Both the position numbers and the translations under genes were made by a program. Source: Octopus sinensis (taxonomy: Eukaryota). Taken from it: a DNA stretch of 64,000 nt. The stretch lies in assembly GCF_006345805.1 (NCBI RefSeq), contig NC_043025.1, positions 6,696,001 to 6,760,000 of the forward strand, read 5' to 3'. Shown here piece by piece: positions 23,680 through 35,734 of this stretch; positions within the stretch are counted from its first letter, which is position 1, and each line of letters starts with the position of its first letter. The notes beneath the pieces were generated by a model. That model was given only the letters and a program-made list of their open reading frames with translations, ran no database searches and had not been told where the DNA came from.

Positions 23680-25020
23680 ATGCCCGCTGTTCGCTCATAA
23701 GCATGCTCAGACATTTATTTTTGAACATGCCATTATTCTGTTTGCTATAAATGTTTGTTGGTCTCTCGCTCAACTGCACCCCGCACATAATAATCAAGGG
23801 GGTTGCAGTCTGGGGAGTTAGGTGGCCAAATGTTAAGTGATATGGTCGCAGAAATTGTCTGACAGCCATAACTGGGTTCTCTTGCTTGTGTGGCATGGTG
23901 CAGAGTCCTGTTGTCAGACACAGGGTCTTCCAGCAGTACCTCCTCCAGTCATTTGATGTAGGCCTCCATGTTGAGTCTGCGGCCATGTGGGAAGATGAAT
24001 GGAGGCATAACATCGCCATCACTAGTGATCACTCGAAACACCATCATGTTGACTGGATGTTTGATTAAGATCCTGGCAGAAATTTTTCTTATCTGAGAAA
24101 AACCAAAGCATAAATGGTTGGATATGCTTGAGTTTGCTCAAAAGATTTGTAGTGTGGTCTTTCCTCTTGTCCTTGATGGCTTGGGATAAAAACTGGCCCT
24201 TTCTCATCTTATATGAGGTAAATCGAGTGTCTTCATGCACTACCTGCCGGATAAGAAACTCAGGACCTGCTTGATTTGTCAATCATCAGTGCCTCTCCGA
24301 AAGAGAGAGAGGGGTCTGGATCTCACCAACAAATTCAGGAGTTCTCTTATCAGAACAATCAGAGTGAGTTTTCTGAGCAGCCATACCTATTTCTTTACTA
24401 CCCACAAGGGGCTAAACACAGAGAGGACAAACGGATTAAGTCGATTATATCGGCCCCAGTGTGTAACTGGTACTTATTTAATCAACCCCGAAGGGATGAA
24501 AGGCAAAGTCGACCTCAGCGGAATTTGAACTCAGAACGTAGCAGCAGACGAAATACCTATTTCTTTACTACCCACAAGGGGCTAAACACAGAGAGGACAA
24601 ACGGATTAAGTCGATTATATCGGCCCCAGTGCGTAACTGGTACTTATTTAATCGACCCCGAAGGGATGAAAGGCAAAGTCGACCTCGGCGGAATTTGAAC
24701 TCAGAACGTAGCGACAGACGAAATACCGCTAAGCATTACGCCTGGTACGCTAACGTTTCTGCCAGTTCGCCATACCTTCGTAACCACCATTGGACTCACA
24801 CAACTCTTTCCGAATCCTCTGCATTGTCCTCGGATTGACACCCAAACACACTGAAACGTTCGTATTGGAGCTTCCGGTGTAAATGCCAAGCAGTAGAGCA
24901 TGTCGTTTCCAAATTTCTGGCAGAGAGAATTGCGTCATGAGGCTGCTTTTCTCACAAACAGTGCCCAACTGACCCTACAAAGCTGTGTAGATGACAAAAT
25001 CAAAAACAAACTGCGAAAAT
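23680..25020 (-). mobile_element. Decayed Tc1/mariner-superfamily (DD37D/maT-like) transposase, interrupted by a SINE-B dimer
   Basis: Fragments GVNPRTMQRIRKEL, WFFSDKKNF, QDSAPCH...IWPPNSPDCNPLDYY; D-to-D spacing counted as 37 across a frameshift. Confidence 0.75.
24385..24772 (-). mobile_element. SINE-B with duplicated body (2 x 170 bp)
   Basis: ACCTATTTCTTTACTACCC at 24385 and 24555; target duplication GGTATGGC. Confidence 0.85.
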
Positions 25021-25344
25021 TTAGGAACATAAAATGGCGACAATGTATGTATTAATAAAAATGAAAATTCTGTTTGTCTGGGACCCCTGTAGCTCTGTCT
25101 ACATAGATTTATTATCCCTTTTGGAATAAGGATGATCCCAGAATTGAAAATCTGCCCTTCATTTGGTGGTTGAATATCCAGCATTGGGATCTGATTTCAA
25201 AGCATTTGGGTTACTATTTCTAGCAGGTAAAGCGACCATGAGAGAGGAACAAGAGTTGCCTCCCTTAGTAAGGAATTTGGTGGTCATCTTTCCCATGCAG
25301 GGCCACCGCCTTGAAGAAATCGACACCAGTTCTTCTTTTTCTAT

Positions 25345-25595
25345 TGGCCTCGAACAGAAACACAGCAACAGCAGTTATCAAGCAGTGGTGAGGGACAAAC
25401 AGACACAAACACACGCATATATATATACACACACGATGGGCTTCTTTCAGTTTCCGTCTGCCAAATCCACTCACAAGGCTTTGGTTGATCTGAGGCTATA
25501 GCAAAAGACACTTGCCCAAGGTTCCACACAGCAGGACTGAACCCAGAACTATGTGGTTGGGAAGCAAGCTTCTTACCATTCAGCCACTCTTGTGC
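25345..25595 (-). mobile_element. SINE-A, 3'-truncated
   Basis: Matches the head and body of the SINE-A consensus. Confidence 0.75.
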
Positions 25596-25619
25596 CCATA
25601 TATATATATATATATACAT

Positions 25620-26172
25620 TTTTTTCTCTTGGCTTTATTGAGAAAATTCTGTAGTTTGTAAGATATTTGTTGCTTTTTTTCTTCAATTTCTGCAATTTCA
25701 ACCAATCAATGACCGTCTATTGAGGTGAAAAACATTCTGTGCCGTGTGAATATGTCCCTCGTTTAAGAAACATATTGGGTTTATTTACATTTGTGAAGAA
25801 AAAAAAGATACCCTTCCCCCCACCCATACCCTGAAACAGATTGAAATGCAATAGATCGATACTAGGGTCATAATTATGGGTGACAATTTCATATGACACT
25901 GCTAGAAAAAACTGCCGTTCAAACCGAAAAGATCCCCTAACCCTAACCCTGAAACAGATTGAAATGCAATAGATCGATACTAGGGTCATAATTATGGGTG
26001 ACAATTTCATATGACACCGCTAGAAAAAACTGCCGTTCAAACCGAAAAGATCCCCTAACCCTAACCCTGAAACAGATTGAAATGCAATAGATCGATACTA
26101 GGGTCATAATTATGGGTGACAATTTCATATGACACCGCTAGAAAAAACTGCCGGTCAAACCGAAAAGATCCC
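25620..26172 (-). mobile_element. GGATC-TIR MITE with terminal 118-bp segment triplicated
   Basis: TGAAACAGATTGAAATGC at 25832, 25950 and 26068; each unit ends in CCGAAAAGATCCC. Confidence 0.85.
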
Positions 26173-26304
26173 AATAATGATGATGATGATGATGATTAAG
26201 TAACACTGACTAAGTCTAGACATGGTTGTAAATACTTTTTATTTATTTTACAGAATATTTTATGGTAGCGATATGAATGCACATGTATGTGTGCTTGTCT
26301 ACAT

Positions 26305-26501
26305 CAGTGGTTTTCAACCAGAGTTCAGTGGAACCTTAGGGTTCCGCAAGAAGTTACAAAACTGCTAAAATTGGCAGTAATTTTTAATTCTCCTGTGCAG
26401 ATATGCGTGCATAAGACTATTAAATTATTGCACAGGGGTTCCTCGAGCCAGTGGAATGTTTCCTTGGGGTTCCGCTCCAGCAAAAAGTTTGAAAAGCACT
26501 G
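26305..26501. mobile_element. hAT (Charlie-like) MITE
   Basis: TIRs CAGTGGTTTTCAACC / GTTTGAAAAGCACTG; exact 8-bp TSD GTCTACAT at 26297-26304 and 26502-26509. Confidence 0.85.
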
Positions 26502-26542
26502 GTCTACATAGTCAATAATCTTCCTCTTTTTTATTTTTTTAA

Positions 26543-27006
26543 CCCTTTCGTTACCAACCGGCTGAAACCGGCTCTGGTTCTGAGTACAAATGTCTTGTTT
26601 TCAAAAGTTCTGAATTAAAATCTTCCACCAAAACTTAGTCACAATTTATGTTCCTAAAACTAGCTTAATAATAACAAAGTTATTTTACTAAATTCTTTGT
26701 TATATTTAAAATTAATTGAAAGAAACACAGAGCATCTCAACAGAAATATGGTAACAAAAGGCTTAAAGTCACCATGATATTTTTAACCTTTTGTTACCAA
26801 CCCCACTGAAACCGCCTCTGGTTCTGTAGTACAAATGCCTTGTTTTCATAAGTTTTGAATTAAAATTTTCCACCAAACCTTAGTCACAATTTATGTTCCT
26901 AACACTAGCTGAATGATAACCAAGTTATTTTACTAAATTCTTTGTTATATTTTAAGTAATTGAAAGAAACAAAGAACATCTCAAAATAAATGCAGTAACG
27001 AAAGGG
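26543..27006 (+). mobile_element. piggyBac-type MITE dimer
   Basis: Two ~220-bp units separated by TTAA-AGTCACCATGATATTT-TTAA. Confidence 0.85.
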
Positions 27007-27061
27007 TTAAGAGAGAGAGAATGAGCTATCACAGATATCGTTCTGAGTTCTGTTTTTTTTT

Positions 27062-29406
27062 TTATCCAGTGTGATTGTTCTGTTCATCAAGTTGGTTTAT
27101 GGAGAATGATTCCTCCAGGACATCAGAAGGATATGCTATCTCTCGTCTATGAATACGTTTGTGAGTCGTTAAGTTCCACAAGCGTGAGAATGCTTTACCA
27201 CAGATATCACAGTGATATGGTTTCTCCCCCGTGTGAACATGTCTGTGTGTAGTCAGATGCCATAACTGTGAGAAAGATTTACCACAGATATCACAGTGAT
27301 ATGGTTTCTCACCTGTGTGAACACGCTTGTGCTTCGTTAAGCTACTTCCTTCACAGAATGATTTACCACAGATATCGCAATGATAGGGTTTCTCGCCCGT
27401 ATGGATACGCTTGTGTTTCGTTAAATGGTTGCTTACAGAAAACGATTTACCACAGATATCACAGTGATATGGCTTCTCTCCTGTGTGAACACGTTTGTGT
27501 ATAGTCAAATGGCTTCTTGCGGAGAATGATTTACCACAGATATCACACGGATACGGTTTCTCTCTTGTATGGATTTGTTTATACTCAGTTAAGGCATTTC
27601 TCACAGACGACGATTTATCACTGTGATTTGGCTTTTCACCTGTATGGATGTATTTATGCGAAATCAAGGTACTGCGTCTGGAGAAAGCTTTACCGCAGAT
27701 GTCACACTGATATGGTTTTTCTCCTGTGTGAATACGATAATGCTTAGTTAAGTGACTTCCAGATGAGAAAGATCTGCCACAGATATCACATGGATATGGC
27801 TTCTCACCTGTATGCATGTATTTGTGAGTAGTTAAGTGAATTTTCTGAGAGAAAGATCTACCACAGATATCACACTGATGTGGTTTCTCTCCTGTATGAA
27901 CACGTTTGTGTTTAGTCAGGTTACTTCTTTCAGAGAATGATTTACCACAGATATCACATGGATACGGTTTCTCTCCTGTATGAATGCGTTTGTGCCCAGC
28001 CAAGTGACTCCCATCGGAAAAGGATTTACCACAGATATCACACTGATATGGTTTTTCTCCTGTATGAATGTGCCTGTGGTTAGTTAGGTTGGTTAGTGAG
28101 GACATAGATTTACCACAGATATCACAGCGATATGGCTTCTCTCCTGTGTGACTGTATTTGTGTCGAGTTAAGTAACTTAATTGTGAGAATGATTTACCAC
28201 AGATAGCACAATGATATGGTTTCTCACCTGTATGAATACGTCTGTGCTTATTTAAGGTGCTTCCTTCAGGGTATGATTTACCACAGATATCACAATGATA
28301 TGGTTTCTCTCCTGTATGAACGTATATATGGCTAGTTAACTGATAATTCTGAGAGAACGATTTACCACAGATATCACAATGATATGGTTTCTCGCCTGTA
28401 TGAATGCGTTTGTGTCTGGTTAAGTTGCTTACTACGGTGAACACCTTACCACAGATATCACAGTGATATGGTTTCTCACCTGTATGAATATGTTCGTGTA
28501 TAGTTAAATCATGATTCTGAGTAAAGGCCTTACCACAAGTATTACAGTGATATGGCTTCTCCCCTGTATGAATACGTCTGTGTACAGTTAAGTCATAATT
28601 CTGAGAGTAAGATTTACCACAGATATCACAGTGATATGGTTTCTCCCCTGTATGAATGCGCTTGTGTCGAGTTAAGTCACCATCTGTGGTGAATGATTTA
28701 CCACAGATATCGCAGTGATATGGCTTCTCTCCCGTATGAATACGTATATGTCTGGTTAAGTTGCTTCCTTCAGAGAAAGACTTTCCACAGATATCACAGT
28801 GATGTGGTTTCTCTCCCGTATGAATACGTTTATGTCTACTCAAATTACTTATCACCGTAAATAATTTACCACAGATATCACACTCATACGGCTTCTCTCC
28901 TGTATGAATATATTTGTGTCTGCTCAAGTGGCTAGTTTTAGAGAACGCTTTGCCACAGATATCACATGGGTAGGGCCTCTCCCCTGTGTGAGTCCGCTTG
29001 TGTGTAGTTAAATGACTTGCCGTAGAGAATGATTTACCGCAGATATCACACTGATATGATCTCTTTTCTGCATTGACACACGCATGATTATTTAAAGAAC
29101 TTCTTTCAAAAAATGATTTACCACAAATATCACAGTGATATGGTTTCTCTCCTGTATGACTATATTTGTGTCTGCTCAAGTGGCCAGCTTTAGAGAACGT
29201 TCTGCCACAGATATCACAGTGATATGGTCTCTCTCCTGCATGGGACCGCTTATGTATAGTAAGTTTACGTTTCTGATTAAATGTCTTGTTACAAACCTCA
29301 CAGGGAAACGATGGCTCTTCTGTATTTTTCGGTGTCTCATCTGGAAAATCCCCCCTGTCTGATTCTTGCTCACATTTAACTTCTCCCCACACAATTCATT
29401 ATCCAT
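27062..29406 (-). CDS. Poly-C2H2 zinc-finger protein A (25 fingers plus 1 degenerate), no KRAB domain
   Basis: 776-aa ORF of [16 protein letters not shown] repeats. The true start is probably ATG 29406 (MDNELCGEK), by alignment to paralog [15 protein letters not shown], with a 1-nt deletion near 29381. Acceptor TTTTATTTCAG|AGTACC at 29657/29656. Confidence 0.9.
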
Positions 29407-29779
29407 GTTCTCTCTCTCTCGCTCTCTCTCAATACGATTCAGTGATATCTTTCTTATTTCTGGTTATGTGTTCTATTCATAACAAACATTTCATTTGCTA
29501 TATTTCATCAGCTGTGATTTTAGTCAATACGTGAATACGTTGCAGACTCCAGTCGCGCTGTATATTGTTCCAGGAAGAGAACAAGGGCAATTTTGTTAAT
29601 AAACTCAGCCAGAGAAAGTTATTCCACCGTAATTCCAAACAATGACGCTTGGTACTCTGAAATAAAAGAGAAGCAGTGAAAATGATAGAAAATTCTTTAA
29701 CAATAGATACATACAACAGCAGAAATATTACAAAATTCCTATGATAATAATCATCACTATCATTTTTTATGTATTGTAG

Positions 29780-30325
29780 ATATATACATACTCTTTTACT
29801 TGTTTCAGTCATTTGACTGCGGCCATGCTGGAGCACCGCCTTTAATCGGGCAACTCGACCCGGGACTTATTCTTTGTAAGCCCAGTACTTATTCTATCGG
29901 TCTCTTTTGCCGAACTGCTAGGTGACGGGGACATAAACACACCAGCATCGGTTGTCAAGCAATGCTAGTGGGACAAACACAGACACACATATATATATAT
30001 ATATACATATATACGACGGGCTTCTTTCAGTCTCCGTCTACCAAATCCACTCACAAGGTATTGGTCGGCCCGAGGCTATAGCAGAAGACACTTGCCCAAG
30101 GTGCCACGCAGTGGGACTGAACCCGGAACCATGTGGTTGGTAAGCAAGCTACTTACCACACAGCCACTCCTGCACCTATGATGGACTTCTTTCAGTTTCC
30201 GTCTACCAAATCCACTCACAAGGCTTTGGTCGGCCTGAGGCTATAGTCGAAGGCACTTGCCCAAGGTGCCCCACAGTGGGACTGAACCCGGAACCATGTG
30301 GGTGTGATGCAAGTTTCTTACCACA
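29780..30325 (-). mobile_element. SINE-A plus an extra head copy
   Basis: Full reverse copy at 29780-30175; second head segment at 30180-30325. Confidence 0.85.
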
Positions 30326-30480
30326 TATATATATTGGAGTTAGGAAGGGCATCCAGCTGTAGAAACACTGCCAGATCAGACTGGGCCTGGTGCAGCCTCC
30401 TGGCTTCCCAGACCCCAGTTGAACCGTCCAGCCCATGGTAGCATGGAAAGCGGATGTTAAACGACGACGATGATGATATA

Positions 30481-31230
30481 TATGCGTTAGGCTGAGCACT
30501 TACTATGATGCAGGTACATGTTACCTAAGCAGTTGCTTTACAGGGGGTCAGGGTTAGGTAAGATGGTAAAAGTCCAAGACATAAATCTAAGAAACATTTT
30601 AGGGATGCCATCAAAAGGACCCTTAAGGCTCTTAGTGCGAATGTTAAAGACTGGGAGCAGTCCCCAAAGTCCATCCCCTCCTCACCGTGGTGGGGACGCT
30701 GGCAACAGGTAGTGTCAGAGCTATGCCGTCGGGAACTTCGGCTCCTGGTAGGGCCACCCAAGGTGGATTGGCCTGACACCGAGTGGTATTAGGGCCACAA
30801 CCCGGCAGACGGGGCTCTGGTGAAAATCCTCGGAGTGTTTGTTTGCGTCCCCAAAGTCCATCCCCTCCTCACCGTGGTGGGGACGCTGGCAACGGGTAGT
30901 GTCAGAGCTATGCCGTCAGGAACTTCGGCTCCTGGTAGGGCCACCCAAGGTGGATTGGGCTGACACCGAGTGGTATTAGGGCCACAACCCAGCAGACGGG
31001 GCTCTGGTGAAAATCCTCGGAGTATCTGCTTCGGCAACCAGCGGCTCCTCGGTCGTTCTGTCCCTGCGTCTGCGGACAATCTGAGGCAAACAGGATGTCT
31101 CCACATGCGGGATTGTTGGGGACCGCTTGTGAAATCCACATATTCCCACGAAACTTCTTCCATGAGTAGAAGAAGCCGACTCAACCCGCCCAGGGTGAAT
31201 GTCACCACAAGTAAGTAAAGTTGCCCGATG
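30481..31230 (+). mobile_element. RTE-clade LINE fragments (RT C-terminus; 5'-UTR-like segment duplicated, 187-bp period)
   Basis: LPKQLLY and KHFRDAIKRTLKALSANVKDWE in shifted frames; CCCCAAAGTCCATCCCC at 30662 and 30849; GCTCCTGGTAGGGCCACCCAAGG resembles RTE 5' ends (recalled, not searched). Confidence 0.55.
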
Positions 31231-31538
31231 ATCAATCAGCTTGGAAAGAAGAAGTTATCTCCAATGGTTCTAAGGCATTTGAAAGAGGAAGAACTGAACA
31301 ATTTGTCTTGAAACAAGTACTTTGTTAACAAGAATTCACTTCAATCCCTGACATTTTTCTTCCTGAAAATGTGTGTAACATCAAAAGTAGGGTCCGTTTG
31401 TCCAAGGCTAGTTTTGCTCATCGTATGAGATTTCATGACGGCATTTACTACTTGAAGAAATAGTTTCCTTCTGTAAACAAGTGGCACACATACATTTACA
31501 TACATACATATATATACTAGCTTAAAAGTACATATTAA

Positions 31539-32490
31539 CCCATTTGTTACCGTATTATTTTGAGATGCTCTGTGTTTCTTTCAATTACTTTTAAATATAA
31601 CAAAGAATTTAGTAAAATAACTTAGTTATCATTAAGCTAGTGTTAGGAACATAAATTGTGACTAAGGTTTGGTGGAAGATTTTAATTCAAAACTTATGAA
31701 AACAAGACATTTGCACTACAGAGCCAGAGGTGGTTTCAGCCAGGTTGGCGTTGAAAGGGTTAAAAATATCATGGTGACTTAAACCTTTTGTTACCGTATT
31801 TCTGTTGAGATGCTCTGTGTTTCTTTCAATTAATTTTAAATATAACAAAGAATTTAGTAAAATAACTTAGTTATCATTAAGCTAGTGTTAGGAACTAAAT
31901 TGTGACTAAGGTTTCGTGGAAGATTTTAATTCAAAACTTATGAAAACAAGACATTTGCACTACAGAGCCAGAGGTGGTTTCAGCCAGGTTGGCGTTGAAA
32001 GGGTTAAAAATATCATGGTGATTAAACCCTTTTGTTACCGTATTTCTGTGAGATGCTCTGTGTTTCTTTCAATTAATTTTAAATATAACAAAGAATTTAG
32101 TAAAATAACTTAGTTATCATTAAGCTAGTGTTAGGAACATAAATTGTGACTAAGGTTTCGTGGAAGATTTTAATTCAAAACTTATGAAAACAAGACATTT
32201 GCACTACAGAGCCAGAGGTGTTTCAGCCAGGTTGGCGTTGAAAGGGTTAAAAATATCATGGTGACTTAAACCTTTTGTTACCGTATTTCTGTTGAGATGC
32301 TCTTTGTTTCTTTCAATTAATTTTAAATATAACAAAGAATTAGTAAAATAACTTAGTTATCATTAAGCTAGTGTTGGGAACATAAATTGTGATTAAGGTT
32401 TGGTGGAAGATTTTAATTCATAACTTATGAAAACAAGGCATTTGTACTACAGAGTCAGAGGTGGTTTCAGCCGGGTTACTAACGAAAGGG
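31539..32490 (-). mobile_element. piggyBac-type MITE tetramer
   Basis: Four units with ~244-bp period, spacer AAATATCATGGTGAC(T), TTAA at both outer ends. Confidence 0.9.
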
Positions 32491-32824
32491 TTAAATCTTT
32501 GTAAACTTGACCGATATTTTTCAAGCAATGAACAATTTTTATCAAAACAATGGTATAATTTACCGACTTGGAGCTTATTGCAAAGCTGCAGGATAAACAA
32601 CATTTTTTGTCTCCCCCATTCGGGGGTCAGTACAATTTTTTTCTAACATGTTTCTTTTTTTCTCTTTCTGTTGATTGTTTTCAACCACCACCACCAAAAC
32701 TGCCATACACACACCATTCAGACTTCTGATGCCACCACCATTAACACCTTTGACGTTGCTGCCTTCCCCTCCACCATCGTCATCACCGTCGCCTCCACCT
32801 CTATCACAACTACAGCTCATACTA

Positions 32825-33060
32825 TTACCTATTTCTTTATTGCCCACAAGGGGCTAAACATAGAGGGGACAAACAAGGACAGACATAGGTATTAAGTCGA
32901 TTACATCGACCCCAGTGCGTAACTGGTACTTAATTTATCGACCCCGAAAGGATGAAAGGTAAGTCGACCTCAGCGGAATTTGAACTCACAACGTAACGTC
33001 AGACGAAATACGGCTACGCATTTCGCCCAGCGTGCTAACGTTTCTGCCAGCTCCCCGCCT
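32825..33060 (-). mobile_element. SINE-B
   Basis: Full reverse copy with target duplication CTCATACTATTA. Confidence 0.9.
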
Positions 33061-33257
33061 TCTCATACTATTAACATCACCCCATGACCATCACAACCAT
33101 CAATCTATTACTGCCCTCGCCGTCTCTATGCCTACTATTACTCTCACCCCAGCAGGAGGAATAGTAGAAGTGTCATTGAATAATGAGAGAAGAAGTCAAA
33201 GCGTGACACACTAACACAGGAATTCATTTTGACATTTATTAAATATATATATATGTG

Positions 33258-33795
33258 AGACCATACCCATGGCCTCTACCTGGGATGTAGCCAGTCCACT
33301 TATGCATACTTTTCCTTCTTGGGACACAAAACTCTACTTGTGAAGACCTGTTGAGGCAAGTGAGAATCAGAATCGAAATCGATCAACATCAATGGAAATT
33401 GTAGCTCTGATACCAGTGCCGGTGGTACATAAGCGAACCATCCAAATGTGGCCGTTGCCAGCGCCGGCCCGATGGGCCTCTGTACCGGTGGAATGTAAAA
33501 AGTACCATCTGATCGTGGCCGTTGCTAGCCTCGCCTGGCCCCTGTACCGGTGGCACGTAAAAAGCACCATCTGACCGTGGCCGTTTGCCAGCCCCGTCAG
33601 GCACCTGTGCCGGTGGCACGTAAAAAGCACCCACTACACTCACGGAGTGGTTGGCGTTAGGAAGGGCATCCAGCCGTAGAAACATTGCCAGATCAGACTG
33701 GGCCTGGTGCAGCCTTCTGGCTTCCCAGACCCCAGTTGAACCGTCCAACCCATGCTAGCACGGAAAGTGGACGCTAAGTGATGATGATGATGATA
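33258..33795 (+). mobile_element. SINE-C, long form
   Basis: Same core and (GAT)n tail as 9580-10110, with an extended 5' part. Confidence 0.75.
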
Positions 33796-34516
33796 TATAT
33801 ATATACGACGGATTTCTTTCAATTTCCACTCACAAGGCTTTGGTCAATCCAAGGCATGTAGAAGACACTTGCCCAAGGCGCCACGTAGTAAGACTGAACC
33901 AGGTTGTTGGGAAGCAAGCTTCTTACTGCACAGCCACACCTGTGCCCATATAACCTCCTTAAGCAACAAGACAGGTAAGGGTGATTAGGTAATGGTCTAG
34001 GGCTTAGGGGCGGGAGACCCCAGACCTTGGAGAAAAAAAACTTTGGTCGTCTTGTTGTAGTTGAGGGTTCTTCGTAGACGCCTGATACCACTGGGAGGTG
34101 GCCCTCGAAGTTGCTGGAAATGGGTCCAAATTCTTGAACAGCTCTTGGAGTGGTTGGTGTTAGGAAGGGCATCCAGTTGTAGAAACCATGCCAAATCAGA
34201 CTGGTGTATTTCGTCTGCCGCTACGTTCTGTGTTCAAATTCCGCCGAGGTCGACTTTACCTTTCATGGTCGATAAATAAAGTACTAGTTTCGCACTGGGG
34301 TCGATATAATCAACTTAATCCGTTTGTCTGTCCTTGTTTGTCCTCTCTGTGTTTACCCCCTTGTGGGTAGTAAAGAAATATATATAACCTCCACACAATC
34401 ATCATCATCATTTAACGTTCATAGTCCATCCTGACATGGATTAGACGGTTTGACCAGAGCTAGCAAGCTGGAAGGCTGCACCATACACCAGTCTCATTTG
34501 GCATGGTTTCCACAAT

Positions 34517-35272
34517 TGGATGCCCTTCCTAACACCAACCACTCCAAGAGCCATTCAAGAATTTGGACCCGGCGATCCCCATTTCCAGCGATTTCGAGGG
34601 CCACCTCCCAGTGGTATCTACAATTGGATGCCCTTCCTAACACCAACCACTCCAAGAGCCATTCAAGAATTTGGAACCGGAGATCCCCGTTTCCAGCAAC
34701 TTTGAGGGCCACCTCCCAGTGGTATCTACAATTGGATGCCCTTCCTAACACCACCACTCCAAGAACCATTCAAGAATTTGGAACCAGAGATCCCCGTTTC
34801 CAGCGACTTCGAGGGCCACCTCCCAGTGGTATCTACAATTGGATGCCCTTCCTAACACCAACCACTCCAAGAGCCATTCAAGAATTTGGACCCGGCGATC
34901 CCCATTTCCAGCGATTTCGAGGGCTACCTCCCAGTGGTATCTACAATTGGATGCCCTTCCTAAGACCAACTACTCCAAGAGCCATTCAAGAATTTGGAAC
35001 CAGAGATCCCCGTTTCCAGTGACTTCGAGGGCCACCTCTCAGTGGTATCTACAATTGGATGCCCTTCCTAACACCAACCACTCCAAGAGCCGTTCAAGAA
35101 TTAGGACATGGAGATCCCCATTTCCAGCAACTTCGAGGGCCACCTTCCAGTGGTATCTACAATTGGATGCCCTTCCTAACACCAACCACTCCAAGAGCCG
35201 TTCAAGAATTAGGCCATGGAGATCCCCATTTCCAGCAACTTCGAGGGCCACCTCCCAGTGGTATCGGGGGTC
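34517..35272. repeat. 7 x 108-bp tandem array
   Basis: TGGATGCCCTTCCTAA at 34517, 34625, 34733, 34840, 34948, 35056 and 35164. Confidence 0.95.
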
Positions 35273-35529
35273 AACGAAGAACCCTCAACAACAACAAGAC
35301 GACTAAAGTTTTTTTTTTCCCAGGTCTGGGGTCTCCTGCCCCTAAGCCCTAGACCATTACCTAATCACCCTTACCCGTCTTGTTGCTTAATAACAACAGC
35401 AACAACCACTCCAAGAGTGCAATGGGTGCTTTTACGTGCCATCTGCGTGACGCCAGTATCTGCCCCGAATATGACTTTACTTAGCTTCATGGGTCTTCTT
35501 CTCAAGCATGGCATAATGCCAAAGGTCTC

Positions 35530-35697
35530 GGCGTAGGAGTGGCTGTGTGGTAAGTAGCTTGCTAACCAACCACATGGTTCCGGGTTCAGTCCCACTACAT
35601 GGCACTTTGGTCAAGTGTCTTCTATAACCTCACTCCGACTAATGCCTTGTGAGTGGATTTGGTAGACGGAAACTGAAAGAAGCCCGTCGTATATATG

Positions 35698-35734
<37 letters not shown>

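Noticed and set aside
25140-25345. Possible exon in unique-looking sequence (ORFs of 69-112 aa)
   Set aside because: No recognisable domain or convincing splice-site pair, and it lies between TE relics.
34450-35352. Repeat-protein ORFs (190, 155, 97 aa)
   Set aside because: Produced by the 108-bp (multiple-of-three) TE-derived array; open in several frames, no gene signals.
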